From Lachnospiraceae bacterium (GTDB lineage: Bacteria > Bacillota > Clostridia > Lachnospirales > Lachnospiraceae): a stretch of DNA of 64,000 nt. This document shows positions 28,729 to 38,629 of this stretch, in pieces. The stretch is from contig JAAUZH010000032.1 in assembly GCA_014804675.1 (NCBI GenBank), positions 20,487 through 84,486 on the forward strand, read 5' to 3'. Below the pieces are notes generated by a model. The model did not search any database, was not told where the DNA came from, and was given only the letters and a program-made list of their open reading frames with translations. How positions within the stretch are numbered: position 1 is the stretch's first letter; each line of letters opens with the position of its first letter. A program made the translations under genes and the position numbers.

Positions 28729-29712
28729 TTACTTCTCCGTTAACTGTTCCTTATACCAGTCGATAGTCAAATGAAGTCCCTTTCTAAAATCATATTCCGG
28801 ATGGTAGGAAAGAAGCTTTCCGGCCTTGTCAATATTGGCATTGGAATGCCTGATATCCCCTTTTCTCGGCTCTGTGAATACCGGCTCTATAGAAACGCCC
28901 AGCTCCCTGCAGATTACCTGGTACATGGACAATATAGTCTCCTGTCCGCCAAAGGCAATATTGAAAGCTTCTCCTGCCACCGCTTCTTTGGAAGCACACG
29001 CTTTTAAATTCGCTTCTATCACATTTTCTATATAGGTAAAGTCCCTTGACTGGAGCCCGTCCCCATGAATCACAGGCGCTTCCCCTTTCAGCAGGAGGCG
29101 GATGAACTTAGGAATTACCGCTGCGTAAGCGCCATCCGGGTCCTGTCTTCTTCCAAACACATTAAAATAACGCAGTCCTACCGTTTCCAAGCCATAAAGA
29201 CTTGCATACAGTTTTCCGTATTCTTCATCCGTCCGCTTGGTAAGCGCATAAGGTGACAGCAAATTCCCTTCCCTTCCCTCTACCTTTGGAAGCTCCCTGG
29301 AATCCCCATAAACAGAAGATGAGGACGCATAGACGAACCGTTTTACCCCTGCCTGCCTTGCCGCTTCCATCATATTCAGGGTTCCCCTGATATTTACCTC
29401 TTCATAGTACAAAGGCATTTCAATGCTTCTGGGCACGCTGCCCCAGGCAGCCTGATGAAGCACATAATCCGTACCCTTACAAATTTCTTTACAGGTATCC
29501 AAATCACATATATCTCCTTTTGTAAAGGTGAACTTCTGATATTGGAATAAGGGCTTTATATTCTCTTCCCTGCCCGTGGACAGGTTATCCAGACACCGAA
29601 CCGTATAACCTTTTTTTAATAAAGCCTCGCACAGATTGGAGCCAATAAAACCTGCACCGCCTGTTACGGTAAATATGCTCCCTTCCGGAAAGGTTACTTC
29701 CTGATAACTCAT
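28729..29712 (-). CDS. NAD-dependent UDP-GlcNAc/UDP-GlcNAcA 4-epimerase (WbpP/TviC/PelX-like SDR)
   Basis: VTGGAGFIGSNLCEALLKKGYTVRCLDNLSTGREENI. YxxxK (YALTKRTDE). GGAGGG RBS. Confidence 0.8.
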   Translation of the reverse strand: MSYQEVTFPEGSIFTVTGGAGFIGSNLCEALLKKGYTVRCLDNLSTGREENIKPLFQYQKFTFTKGDICDLDTCKEICKGTDYVLHQAAWGSVPRSIEMPLYYEEVNIRGTLNMMEAARQAGVKRFVYASSSSVYGDSRELPKVEGREGNLLSPYALTKRTDEEYGKLYASLYGLETVGLRYFNVFGRRQDPDGAYAAVIPKFIRLLLKGEAPVIHGDGLQSRDFTYIENVIEANLKACASKEAVAGEAFNIAFGGQETILSMYQVICRELGVSIEPVFTEPRKGDIRHSNANIDKAGKLLSYHPEYDFRKGLHLTIDWYKEQLTEK

Positions 29713-29755
29713 AATATCCCTCCGCTATATGTCAATCCTACATTGCCGTTTTCTT

Positions 29756-30685
29756 TTACTGCTGCCTTGTCATTTCCTGCATATTCATCATGGCATAAAT
29801 ACCGGGATCTTCAAACTTCTCCTTGCGCACACGGCTGATCTGGTGGGATAACAGGCCAAAGCAGAAAAGCTGGAACCCGAAAATAATCAACACCGCCGCA
29901 AATACCGGAAATCCCCCGCCATACTGCAATGCACAGATGCCTCCATAGATCAGCCCCGCCAGTATCATCACTGCCCCGCTGGTTCCAAGTACCCTCATGG
30001 GATGGAACAGCAGGATTACATTCATGATAAGCATAATCGTCCGAAATCCGTCCCTTATCTGCTTTACCGAGCTCCTTCCTATCCGTTTTCTTACCGTGAT
30101 GGGCACCTCGCTGCCATTATAATCCTCTTCCTGCATAAGCAGGGTGGTAACGGTAGAAGCTCCAAACCGTTTCGGCAGAAGGGATAAGTACCTTAACAGC
30201 ACTTCTCTTTTAAATGCCCGGAGGCCTGAATTAAAATCCGTGACCTTTTGAAATGTGACAATTCTCAAAAACAGCCGCAAAATGAATTTTCCAAAGACTC
30301 TTGTTTTGTCCACATAGGAGTCCTTTCCTCTGACCCCAATGCAATAGTCCAGATTCTTTTCTGTTATTTCATCCACTACTTTTTTTAAATCCTCCGGCCG
30401 GTGCTGTCCATCGGAATCGTACCATGCCACAATTTCACCTGTTGCTGCTCTTGCTCCTGTTTTTATGGCGGTTCCATAGCCTTTATTCTCCGTATGGCAG
30501 ATCAGCCGCACCTGGGAAAAGCCTTTTACAATTTCTGCCGTATCGTCTGTAGAGCCATCATCCACCACGATAATTTCCGTATCCTGCATATCCATACATG
30601 CAAGCAGTTCTTCTAATGTATTTCCGATACCTGCGCTTTCATTATACGCCGGGATCACCACACTCAGCTTCTTTGTCTGTTTCAT
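29756..30685 (-). CDS. GT2 polyprenyl-phosphate glycosyltransferase (GtrB/CsbB/DPM1-like) with two C-terminal TM helices
   Basis: SVVIPAYNE, DDGSTD, DSDGQH (DxD). C-terminal hydrophobic hairpin. ATGA start/stop overlap with the upstream GT8. Confidence 0.8.
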   Translation of the reverse strand: MKQTKKLSVVIPAYNESAGIGNTLEELLACMDMQDTEIIVVDDGSTDDTAEIVKGFSQVRLICHTENKGYGTAIKTGARAATGEIVAWYDSDGQHRPEDLKKVVDEITEKNLDYCIGVRGKDSYVDKTRVFGKFILRLFLRIVTFQKVTDFNSGLRAFKREVLLRYLSLLPKRFGASTVTTLLMQEEDYNGSEVPITVRKRIGRSSVKQIRDGFRTIMLIMNVILLFHPMRVLGTSGAVMILAGLIYGGICALQYGGGFPVFAAVLIIFGFQLFCFGLLSHQISRVRKEKFEDPGIYAMMNMQEMTRQQ

Positions 30686-31605
30686 CTTTTATCTCCCCTT
30701 TCCCCATTCACCAGAAAAGCTCCCCATTTCCGTACAAGCGCTTTTCCAAGCTTTACAGCAACATAACATGGTTTAAAGAAAAATAAAATTTTACCCTTAA
30801 AGCTTAAATGTTTTTTCAGATAATGATAATATTCAAAATAGTACTTTCCATAATAATCCACCTGCCAGGGCTTTGACTTTCCCATATAGTGAATAATGAC
30901 CGGTTCCTCTTTTTCTCGTTTTAATCCAAATGCCCATGCAAGCATTCCTTTTATGCTCCCATAGCCTGTATTATAATTGTATATCCTCTCTCCCACCAGT
31001 TTATCTTCTCTAAAGTAAAGATTGATCAAATCCTGATCCGGATAGGATATCTGGTCCTTACGGGCTTCTAACAGATTTATAAAATCTTCCAGCACAAAGG
31101 CTTTTCGCATCTTCGTCAGATTAAAGAGAAGCACTCCCGAATTAATATAGCATTCTTCTTTTTTAAATGCAATGGCATCCTTTTTTTCAGTCAGCATATG
31201 GTTGATTGCATAATCTTCCATGCCTATAAGCTGTTTTCCCTGAAAATCCATTTCGTAAAATGGAAGAAGCGCTCCTCTAATCAAAATATCCGGGTCCAGA
31301 TACAGCACTCTTTCTTCCGTTTCCGGCAGCAGCCTGCTGCATAAAAGACGATAATACATTTCTTTCGTAAAATACCTAAAGACCGGTGCGTCCTGAAACA
31401 CATCATCTTCTACATAAATTGGTATAAACCGGCTTCCCCGTTTTTTGATATATGTATGAAGCCGTTTCCGGTTATCCTCTGAAACATCAGAATAGAACAA
31501 ATAAATATCCATTTTGCTTTTCTCATGACGAAACAAGGATTCCAGCATAATAAACAGAGGTCTTATGTAATTGTCATCTAAGGTTACTAATATATTCATA
31601 TTCAT
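30682..31605 (-). CDS. glycosyltransferase family 8
   Basis: MNMNILVTLDDNYIRPLFIML..., YLDPDILI. Roughly half-identical by eye to 13955..14845. Start is ATG 31605 or 31599. Confidence 0.8.
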   Translation of the reverse strand: MNMNILVTLDDNYIRPLFIMLESLFRHEKSKMDIYLFYSDVSEDNRKRLHTYIKKRGSRFIPIYVEDDVFQDAPVFRYFTKEMYYRLLCSRLLPETEERVLYLDPDILIRGALLPFYEMDFQGKQLIGMEDYAINHMLTEKKDAIAFKKEECYINSGVLLFNLTKMRKAFVLEDFINLLEARKDQISYPDQDLINLYFREDKLVGERIYNYNTGYGSIKGMLAWAFGLKREKEEPVIIHYMGKSKPWQVDYYGKYYFEYYHYLKKHLSFKGKILFFFKPCYVAVKLGKALVRKWGAFLVNGERGDKR

Positions 31606-31681
31606 CCGCCTTTGCACTTGTGATCCTATGTCCATTTACATATTTCCATGATATTTACTATAAAATTATTCTTTTCCCCAT

Positions 31682-32791
31682 TTATTTTAAGGTCCCAAGC
31701 AGTTCTTCCCATTGATCCAGAATTTTTTCCACCTGAAATCTTTTTGTAGACTCCTTTGCTTTTCTTCCCATTCTTTCCCGCAGCTCCCCGTTCTCCATCA
31801 GACGCCCCATTCTGGCAGCAAAGCTTTTATAATCTCCTGTTTTAACCAAAAAACCGTCTTTTCCATCTGTTACGATATCCTTAGGACCTGCCTTACAGGA
31901 AAAGCTCACCACAGGATTTTCATATGCCATGGCTTCAATCAGTACCATGCCAAAGCCCTCATTTCTGGAAGGCAATACAAAAAATGCTGCTTTTTCATAA
32001 TATGCTTCTATCTGCTCTACATTGCCTATGAATTCAACCCCTTTCAAATCCAGCTGTTCCTTTAAGGAAAGAAGGGCGGCTTCCTCTTCTCCCTGTCCGG
32101 CAATACACAGCTTCCACTCCGGGAAATCCTTTTCCAAAAGCTTCCAGCTCTTTAACAGATAATCAAAGCCTTTTGCTCTTGTAAGCCTTCCAGCTGCAAA
32201 CACAAGCTTTTCCTTTGGCCTTTGCACCACTACTTCTTCATAGGTATTCGGATTATAAATCTGGCAGAGTCTGCCGCAAATCTTCAGGTTATCCTGATAA
32301 TATTTCTGGTCTTCTTTGGACAGCACTAACACTACATCCGAAAAAGCTGCTGCCAGCCTCATGGCAGCTCTGCGAATCCGATTATTTTTCCGAAATTGAT
32401 AGTAGTAATTAAAATGTTCCCAGGAAATCCTTTTCAGCCCCGGCATCGCTATCTTTAGCGGAAGACTGTAAAAGGTAAGAATCAAATCCACATCAATCAG
32501 CAGCGTAATCCCTTCTTTTTTCACGATCTGATATAAAGAGATTACATTTTTCAGGTTTCCTTTTATTCCCTTGGGATACTCTTTCGAAAGCCGGTATCGT
32601 TTTATGGCATCCGCACAGGGAAACACCGTTTCTTTTTCTCCCCACATACTGATGATGACCACCCGGTGCCCTCTTTTGGCCAATCCATTTGCAAGAATGG
32701 AAAGCACCCGCTCCGTTCCTCCGGAATGGCTCATATTTCCGATTACAAATCCCAATTTTTCCTGCTGCATTGGGGATTTTGCCTGCTTCAT
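31682..32791 (-). CDS. glycosyltransferase family 4
   Basis: NEGFGMVLIEAMAYENPVVSF (EX7E). ATG 32791 lies 7 nt after AGGTGA; the ORF-track start at 32815 is TTG. Confidence 0.8.
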   Translation of the reverse strand: MKQAKSPMQQEKLGFVIGNMSHSGGTERVLSILANGLAKRGHRVVIISMWGEKETVFPCADAIKRYRLSKEYPKGIKGNLKNVISLYQIVKKEGITLLIDVDLILTFYSLPLKIAMPGLKRISWEHFNYYYQFRKNNRIRRAAMRLAAAFSDVVLVLSKEDQKYYQDNLKICGRLCQIYNPNTYEEVVVQRPKEKLVFAAGRLTRAKGFDYLLKSWKLLEKDFPEWKLCIAGQGEEEAALLSLKEQLDLKGVEFIGNVEQIEAYYEKAAFFVLPSRNEGFGMVLIEAMAYENPVVSFSCKAGPKDIVTDGKDGFLVKTGDYKSFAARMGRLMENGELRERMGRKAKESTKRFQVEKILDQWEELLGTLK

Positions 32792-32802
32792 GATCAAATC
32801 AC

Positions 32803-34128
32803 CTACAGTCTCCAATAGGAGTATCCTTTTTCTTCATACTCTCTTTTGTTGTAAATTCCTTTGATATCTGCAATCAGCTTGCATGATATTTCTTCTTTGT
32901 AATAGAAATCCCAGTCCTCAGGAGTCCAGCTATAAAATTCCTGATGGGACACTGCAAGAACAATGGCATCCAGGCTATGTGCCCTGACCTGTTCTGTTTT
33001 TATGACTTCCACACCATAAAGAAGCTTTGCCATATGGCAATCCGCTTTTGAATCCACCAGCACAGTCTGAACCTGGTATTCTTCCAATTCTTTCACAATG
33101 TCAATGACTCTTGTATTTCGCACATCCGGGCAGTTTTCCTTGAAGGTAAAGCCAAAAATCCCTACTACGGCACCTTTTACGCAGGCATCCGCTTCAATCA
33201 GCTTTTTCACGATACACCTTGCAATGTATTGCCCCATATTATCATTAATCCTTCTTCCTGAAAGGATCACCTCGGAATGATATCCCAGCTTTTGCGCCTG
33301 ATAGGTCAGGTAATAGGGATCAATGCCAATACAATGTCCCCCCACCAGTCCGGGCTTAAAATCCAGAAAATTCCATTTTGTTTTGGCTGCTTCCAAAACA
33401 GCCTTTGTATCTATGCCCATCTTATGAAAGATAATGGACAATTCATTCATAAAAGCTATATTAATATCTCTTTGAGAGTTTTCGATAACCTTTGCAGCCT
33501 CGGCAACCCGAATGCTTTCTGCCCGGAATATGCCTGCTTCTACCACAAGCTCATATACAGAGGCTATCAGCTCTTTTGTTTCTTCATCACAGCCGCTTAC
33601 GATTTTTACAATAGTTTCTAGTCTGTGCACTTTATCTCCCGGATTGATTCTTTCCGGTGAATAGCCAACCTTGAACTCTTTCTTATAGACAAGACCCGAC
33701 TGCTCCTCCAGAATAGGGACACAGACCTCTTCTGTCAGTCCCGGATAAACCGTGGACTCATATACAACCACATCTCCCTGCTTCAAATGCCTTCCCAGCA
33801 TGGCGCTGGCACTTGTAAGGGGTGTCAGATCGGGATTCTTATCCTCATCTACCGGGGTCGGAACAGCAATAATAAAGAAGTCCGCTTCTGACAATTTTTC
33901 TTCATCTGCCGTAAAGCAGACTCTGCACTCCTTTAATGACCCTTCTTCCACTTCTCCGGTTACATCCTGACCGGCCTTTAGGTTCCTGACTTTCTCCGAA
34001 TTGATATCAAACCCTATCACATCCACATGTCTGGAAAAACTGACGGCTATCGGAAGCCCTACATAACCCATGCCAATCACGCATAGCTTCTTCTCCCGAT
34101 TTAAAAGCTGGTCACATAAATTATTCAC
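32803..34128 (-). CDS. UDP-N-acetyl-hexosamine 6-dehydrogenase (WbpO/TviB/CapL-like nucleotide-sugar dehydrogenase)
   Basis: CVIGMGYVGLP NAD fold. Catalytic GGHCIG. GTG start after GAGGAG. Confidence 0.8.
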   Translation of the reverse strand: MNNLCDQLLNREKKLCVIGMGYVGLPIAVSFSRHVDVIGFDINSEKVRNLKAGQDVTGEVEEGSLKECRVCFTADEEKLSEADFFIIAVPTPVDEDKNPDLTPLTSASAMLGRHLKQGDVVVYESTVYPGLTEEVCVPILEEQSGLVYKKEFKVGYSPERINPGDKVHRLETIVKIVSGCDEETKELIASVYELVVEAGIFRAESIRVAEAAKVIENSQRDINIAFMNELSIIFHKMGIDTKAVLEAAKTKWNFLDFKPGLVGGHCIGIDPYYLTYQAQKLGYHSEVILSGRRINDNMGQYIARCIVKKLIEADACVKGAVVGIFGFTFKENCPDVRNTRVIDIVKELEEYQVQTVLVDSKADCHMAKLLYGVEVIKTEQVRAHSLDAIVLAVSHQEFYSWTPEDWDFYYKEEISCKLIADIKGIYNKREYEEKGYSYWRL

Positions 34129-34349
34129 TTTTTAACACTCCTCAATTGTTATGTTTTCTTTACATCATTGTAAATAATATCACATTTGGTGACATGTTTT
34201 CAATTCCTATGCGCATATTTTTACAAAAAAATTTGGTTTTTTTGTGCCTTTAGTACTAATATGAAATATTTGGAATCATTCTCCTTGTTGATTTCGGCTT
34301 ATGGAAGTATAATACTTCTATCAAAACTTATGGAATTGGAGGCATCTTC

Positions 34350-35858
34350 TTGAGAGCCAAAATTTTTTTAAAAAACGGAATTACCATTCTTGCAGCCCAA
34401 ATGTTTACTTATCTCATGGATTTTTTATGCCGGACAGTTTTTATTTATACGCTTTCCATGGAATTCGTGGGCATCAAGGGGCTTTTTTCCAATATTTTAT
34501 CCATCCTTTCCCTGACAGAATTAGGAGTAGGGACTGTGCTGATCTACAGCATGTATAAGCCCATTGCCCAGGAGGATACGGAAAAGCTGCTGGCCCTTTT
34601 AGGCTTTTATAAAAAGGCCTATACCCTCATTGCCTGTCTGGTAGGGGGAATCGGTCTGTTCCTTACGCCCTTCCTGCCCTATCTGATCAAGGATTGTCCT
34701 GACATTCAGGGGCTGCATATTATTTATCTGCTTTATTTGTGCAATTCTGTATTTTCTTATTTATTTGCTTATAAGTTTTCTATCCTGCAGGCAGATCAGA
34801 AGCTGTATATCATTACTCTCTCCAGCTGTCTGATTTCTGCCCTGAAAAATATTGTACAGATTGCAGCCCTGTATCTGACCGGGAATTTTTTCATTTATTT
34901 GCTCATCCAGCTTCCTTTTACCTTGTTCAACAACCTTTTTATATCCAGGCAGGCGGATAAGAGGTATCCATTTATCAAGACAGGAAAAAAGCCGGAGCTG
35001 TCCGGCGAAGAAAAAAAAGAGATTCTGAAAAATACATTTGCCATGTTCAATCACAGAGTAGGGGCTACCATATTAAATTCCACAGACAACTTGATCATCA
35101 GCCGTTTTGTGGGACTTGCCGCCGTTGCCATCAACGATAACTATGTCTTAATCGTAAACATGATCAATATGGTGGTGGGGCAGATATTTTCTGCCCTGAC
35201 GGCAGGAGTTGGCAATTTGAATGCTACCGAATCCAAAGAAACCTCTTATAAAGTATTTAAGCTTTTACATTTTGCCTGCTTCTGGTTTTATTCCTTCTGC
35301 ACTGTCTGCCTGTTCGTACTGCTGAATCCCTTTATCCAGCTTATTTATGGCAGTCATTATCTGTTCCCGCTTCCTGTGGTTGCCATTATCTGTATCAACT
35401 TTTACATTATAGGCATCCGCAAGATTCCTCTTGTTTTCAAGGAGTCCATGGGACTTCTCTGGCAGGACCGCTTTAAACCTCTGGTGGAAGCCAGCCTCAA
35501 TCTGGTTGTTTCCATTATAGCGGTTTCCTATTTTGGCACTGCCGGGGTATTTGCCGGAACCTTTATCAGCATGGTCACTACCTCCCTCTGGGTAGAGCCT
35601 TATGTGCTTTTCAAGCATGGGCTGAAGATGTCCTGGAAAGAATTCTGGCTTACCAATGCCAGGTATTTTCCCTTATCGCTGCTTCTTGTAGTGATTACCT
35701 ATTTCGCCGGCACTCTCTATCAGGGAACCCCTCTTCTCTCCTTCCTGTACAAAACAGGAATTTGTATCTTCCTGCCCAATATACTGCTTCTTCTACTGTT
35801 TTACAGAACAGCGGAATTTAAAGGACTATTAGCTTCTGTCCTCCCTTCCAGAAAGTGA
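34350..35858 (+). CDS. Wzx-type oligosaccharide flippase (MOP superfamily)
   Basis: 502-aa protein with ~14 TM helices. TTG start at 34350, 7 nt after GGAGG. Transcribed divergently from the glycan operon. Confidence 0.75.
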   Translation: MRAKIFLKNGITILAAQMFTYLMDFLCRTVFIYTLSMEFVGIKGLFSNILSILSLTELGVGTVLIYSMYKPIAQEDTEKLLALLGFYKKAYTLIACLVGGIGLFLTPFLPYLIKDCPDIQGLHIIYLLYLCNSVFSYLFAYKFSILQADQKLYIITLSSCLISALKNIVQIAALYLTGNFFIYLLIQLPFTLFNNLFISRQADKRYPFIKTGKKPELSGEEKKEILKNTFAMFNHRVGATILNSTDNLIISRFVGLAAVAINDNYVLIVNMINMVVGQIFSALTAGVGNLNATESKETSYKVFKLLHFACFWFYSFCTVCLFVLLNPFIQLIYGSHYLFPLPVVAIICINFYIIGIRKIPLVFKESMGLLWQDRFKPLVEASLNLVVSIIAVSYFGTAGVFAGTFISMVTTSLWVEPYVLFKHGLKMSWKEFWLTNARYFPLSLLLVVITYFAGTLYQGTPLLSFLYKTGICIFLPNILLLLLFYRTAEFKGLLASVLPSRK

Positions 35859-36659
35859 CTTCAGCATTTCCTTCATACTCAGCTGATAAACCGGATGGAT
35901 GAAATAGGGGGCAATTTCTGCCATAGGCTCCAATACAAAGTCCCGGTTCTTCATGTCCGGATGGGGCACGGTCAGATTGTCCTCACTGATTTTTTCGTCC
36001 CCGTAAAAGAGGATATCCAAGTCCAGCGTTCTGGGTCCCCAGTGTATTTTCCTTTCTCTGCCCGCCTCTTTTTCCAGTTCCTGCAAAAATGCAAGCAGCT
36101 CCTTTGGGAACAACAGGGTATCCATTTCCACCGCCCCGTTTAAGAAATCCTCCTGTTCTACGCCGCCATAAGGCTTTGTTTCATAGAAAGAGGATATCTT
36201 CCTCATTCTGATGTCTTTATGGGCTTCCATTTTTTTCAATGCATTTTCAATATAGGCTTTCCGTTCTCCCAAATTAGAGCCAAATGCCACATAAGCTCTC
36301 TGCCAGCCCCGTTCTATCGTCACCGATACATTTTCAAAGGGCAGGGCAATGGGCGCATGGGGCTTACAAATTTCAAGCCGCAGCCTTTCCACCAGCGGAA
36401 AGCTTTCCAAAATCTCTGCCGCCACCTGCTCCGCTGCTGTTTCCAACAGCTTATATGTATGTTCCCTCATATGTCTGTGAATCAATTCGCAGACCTCTCC
36501 GTAATGAACAGATTCTAAAAGCTCATCCGTCAGCCCGGCATTTCGGGTGGATAAATATAACACGGCATTCACATAAAAATTTTGTCCCTTTTCGTTTTCC
36601 TCCGGAAATACACCATGATGCGCAAATACTTCCAGATTCGTGATTGTAATATAATCCAT
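35829..36659 (-). CDS. folB/folK: bifunctional dihydroneopterin aldolase / 6-hydroxymethyl-dihydropterin pyrophosphokinase
   Basis: FolB-type N-terminus (ITNLEVFAHHGVFPEENEKGQNF). FolK-type C-terminus (AYVAFGSNLG..., WGPRTLDLDILFY). Confidence 0.9.
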   Translation of the reverse strand: MDYITITNLEVFAHHGVFPEENEKGQNFYVNAVLYLSTRNAGLTDELLESVHYGEVCELIHRHMREHTYKLLETAAEQVAAEILESFPLVERLRLEICKPHAPIALPFENVSVTIERGWQRAYVAFGSNLGERKAYIENALKKMEAHKDIRMRKISSFYETKPYGGVEQEDFLNGAVEMDTLLFPKELLAFLQELEKEAGRERKIHWGPRTLDLDILFYGDEKISEDNLTVPHPDMKNRDFVLEPMAEIAPYFIHPVYQLSMKEMLKSLSGREDRS

Positions 36660-36664
36660 AACTC

Positions 36665-37480
36665 TTACTCCGTATTTTTTCCAATAATAGCTCTAGTCAT
36701 TCTGACTGCACGAACATTTTCCTTCACGTCATGGACTCTTATGATAGAGCAGCCTTTCTGCACTCCAAATACAGTAGTTACCAGCGTGCCTTCCACCCTT
36801 TTATCTGCCGGCAGCTCCAAAGTAAGCCCAATTACTGATTTTCTTGAGGCACCAAGAAGGATGGGATATCCAAAGGCATGCAGCTCTTCCAGACAGCGGA
36901 TGATTTCCAGATTATTCTCATAAGTCTTGCCAAATCCCACTCCCGGGTCCAATATGATTTTTCCGTCTTCAATTCCTGCTGCCTCTGCCATTGCCACAGT
37001 TTCCGATAAATCCATCAGCACATCTTCCATAAAATTCTGATAGTCCGGTTCCTTCCGGTTATGCATCAGGCAGCAGGGAAGGCCGCTTTTGGCAATGACG
37101 CCTGCCAGCTCTTTATCATATTTCAGTCCCCATATATCATTGATAAGGTCCGCTCCTGCCTGAATTCCCGCCAGGGCAACCCGGCTTTTATAAGTATCCA
37201 GGGATACGGGTATGTCAAATCTGGACTTGATTCCTTCCAAAACGGGCACTACCCGCTCTATTTCTTCTTCATCCGGCAAAATCGTATAACCGGGTCTGGT
37301 GGATTCTCCACCCACATCGATAATCGCTGCCCCTTCCTTTATCATTTCCTCTGTATGGAACAATGCCTTGTCCATTTCCCGAAAGCTTCCTCCGTCCGAA
37401 AAGGAATCCGGGGTTACATTTAAAATGCCCATAACATAAGTCTCATTTGCCAGATCAAATTCTCTGTTGCCGATTTTCAC
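36665..37480 (-). CDS. folP: dihydropteroate synthase
   Basis: MGILNVTPDSFSDGG, DVGGESTRPG, GFGK motifs. GTG start. Confidence 0.9.
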   Translation of the reverse strand: MKIGNREFDLANETYVMGILNVTPDSFSDGGSFREMDKALFHTEEMIKEGAAIIDVGGESTRPGYTILPDEEEIERVVPVLEGIKSRFDIPVSLDTYKSRVALAGIQAGADLINDIWGLKYDKELAGVIAKSGLPCCLMHNRKEPDYQNFMEDVLMDLSETVAMAEAAGIEDGKIILDPGVGFGKTYENNLEIIRCLEELHAFGYPILLGASRKSVIGLTLELPADKRVEGTLVTTVFGVQKGCSIIRVHDVKENVRAVRMTRAIIGKNTE

Positions 37481-37532
37481 AGGTTTTCATCCTTTCTACT
37501 TCCTTCTTTTCCTCATTGTATCTCAAAGATAG

Positions 37533-38039
37533 TTAGAATACCAATTCCTTATTTTTCTTTTTATTCTTCCAGTGGCAAAGGGGCTCTGCTTCACAAAAAT
37601 AGCATTCCCGGCTCAGCTTATCCGCCCTGTAAAGAATGCCTTTTAAATTCTTCTCCTCTTTTACTTTTTCATTTCTGTGATTTCGGACAGCTTCCACAAT
37701 CAAATCCGTTTCCTCTTGATTATATCCGCTCTCCTTTAGTATCTTTGGCGCCAGCTCGCTGCTGACAATGGCATGATCCTTTCCTGTTTCATACTGGACA
37801 TGCCTGCCAATATCATGAAGCAGGGCGGCTCCATATATAAGCTCTTCCGATAAGTCTATCTGTTCTTTCAGCTTTATGATCATTGCCAGTCTTGCCACAT
37901 TCAAAAAGTGGACATAATCATGCTTACAAAAGGGTCTGTCCTTTTCCCATTCCCTGATGCTCTTTGTGTATTCCAGATAAAGAGGGTGCCGGATAAGCTT
38001 CTGAATCCGCTCCATGCTTCTTCCTTCTATAGACTGCAT
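37533..38039 (-). CDS. HD-domain phosphohydrolase
   Basis: H...HD metal motif (AALLHDIGR). 168 aa. Embedded between folE and folP. Confidence 0.75.
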   Translation of the reverse strand: MQSIEGRSMERIQKLIRHPLYLEYTKSIREWEKDRPFCKHDYVHFLNVARLAMIIKLKEQIDLSEELIYGAALLHDIGRHVQYETGKDHAIVSSELAPKILKESGYNQEETDLIVEAVRNHRNEKVKEEKNLKGILYRADKLSRECYFCEAEPLCHWKNKKKNKELVF

Positions 38040-38055
38040 TCCTGTTTCTCCCTTC

Positions 38056-38613
38056 CTACAGCTTCAACATCTGATAAAAGCTGTTCTGCAGCTTTTCATT
38101 CTCTTTAAATTCACCCTTTGTGACAACCGTAGTCGTTTTGCTTCCGGGCTTTTTTACTCCCCGCATGGTCATACACGTATGCTCGGCTTCTATCACTACC
38201 ATGGCGCCCTTTGCCCCCAGATCTTCCATCAATGCCCGGGCAATCTGCTCTGTCATCTGTTCCTGAAGCTGGGGCCGCTTTGCAAATACCTCCACCGTTC
38301 TTGCCAGCTTGCTTAAGCCCACTACTTTTCCATCCGGGATATATGCCACATGAGCCTTTCCATAAAAGGGCATAAAATGATGCTCGCACATGGAATAAAA
38401 TACAATATCTTTTTCTAACACGATTTCATTGTTTTTAGCATGAAAGGTCTTGGACAGATGAGCTTTTGGCGTTTCTTCCATTCCTGCAAAAATCTCTTCA
38501 TACATTCTGGCAATGCGGCTGGGAGTTTCTTTCAGCCCTTCCCTGTTTATATCTTCTCCAATGCCCTCTAACAATAGGCGTACTCCCTGCTCGATCTTAT
38601 TTTTATCTATCAT
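38056..38613 (-). CDS. folE: GTP cyclohydrolase I
   Basis: [10 protein letters not shown] zinc motif. ATG 38613 lies 6 nt after GGGAGTG; the ORF-track start at 38622 is GTG. Confidence 0.9.
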   Translation of the reverse strand: MIDKNKIEQGVRLLLEGIGEDINREGLKETPSRIARMYEEIFAGMEETPKAHLSKTFHAKNNEIVLEKDIVFYSMCEHHFMPFYGKAHVAYIPDGKVVGLSKLARTVEVFAKRPQLQEQMTEQIARALMEDLGAKGAMVVIEAEHTCMTMRGVKKPGSKTTTVVTKGEFKENEKLQNSFYQMLKL

Positions 38614-38629
38614 GAAAATCACTCCCGTT

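Noticed and set aside
35829-35858. 30-nt overlap of the convergent Wzx and folB/K 3' ends.
   Set aside because: Short convergent overlaps are common. There is no structure or repeat there suggesting regulation.
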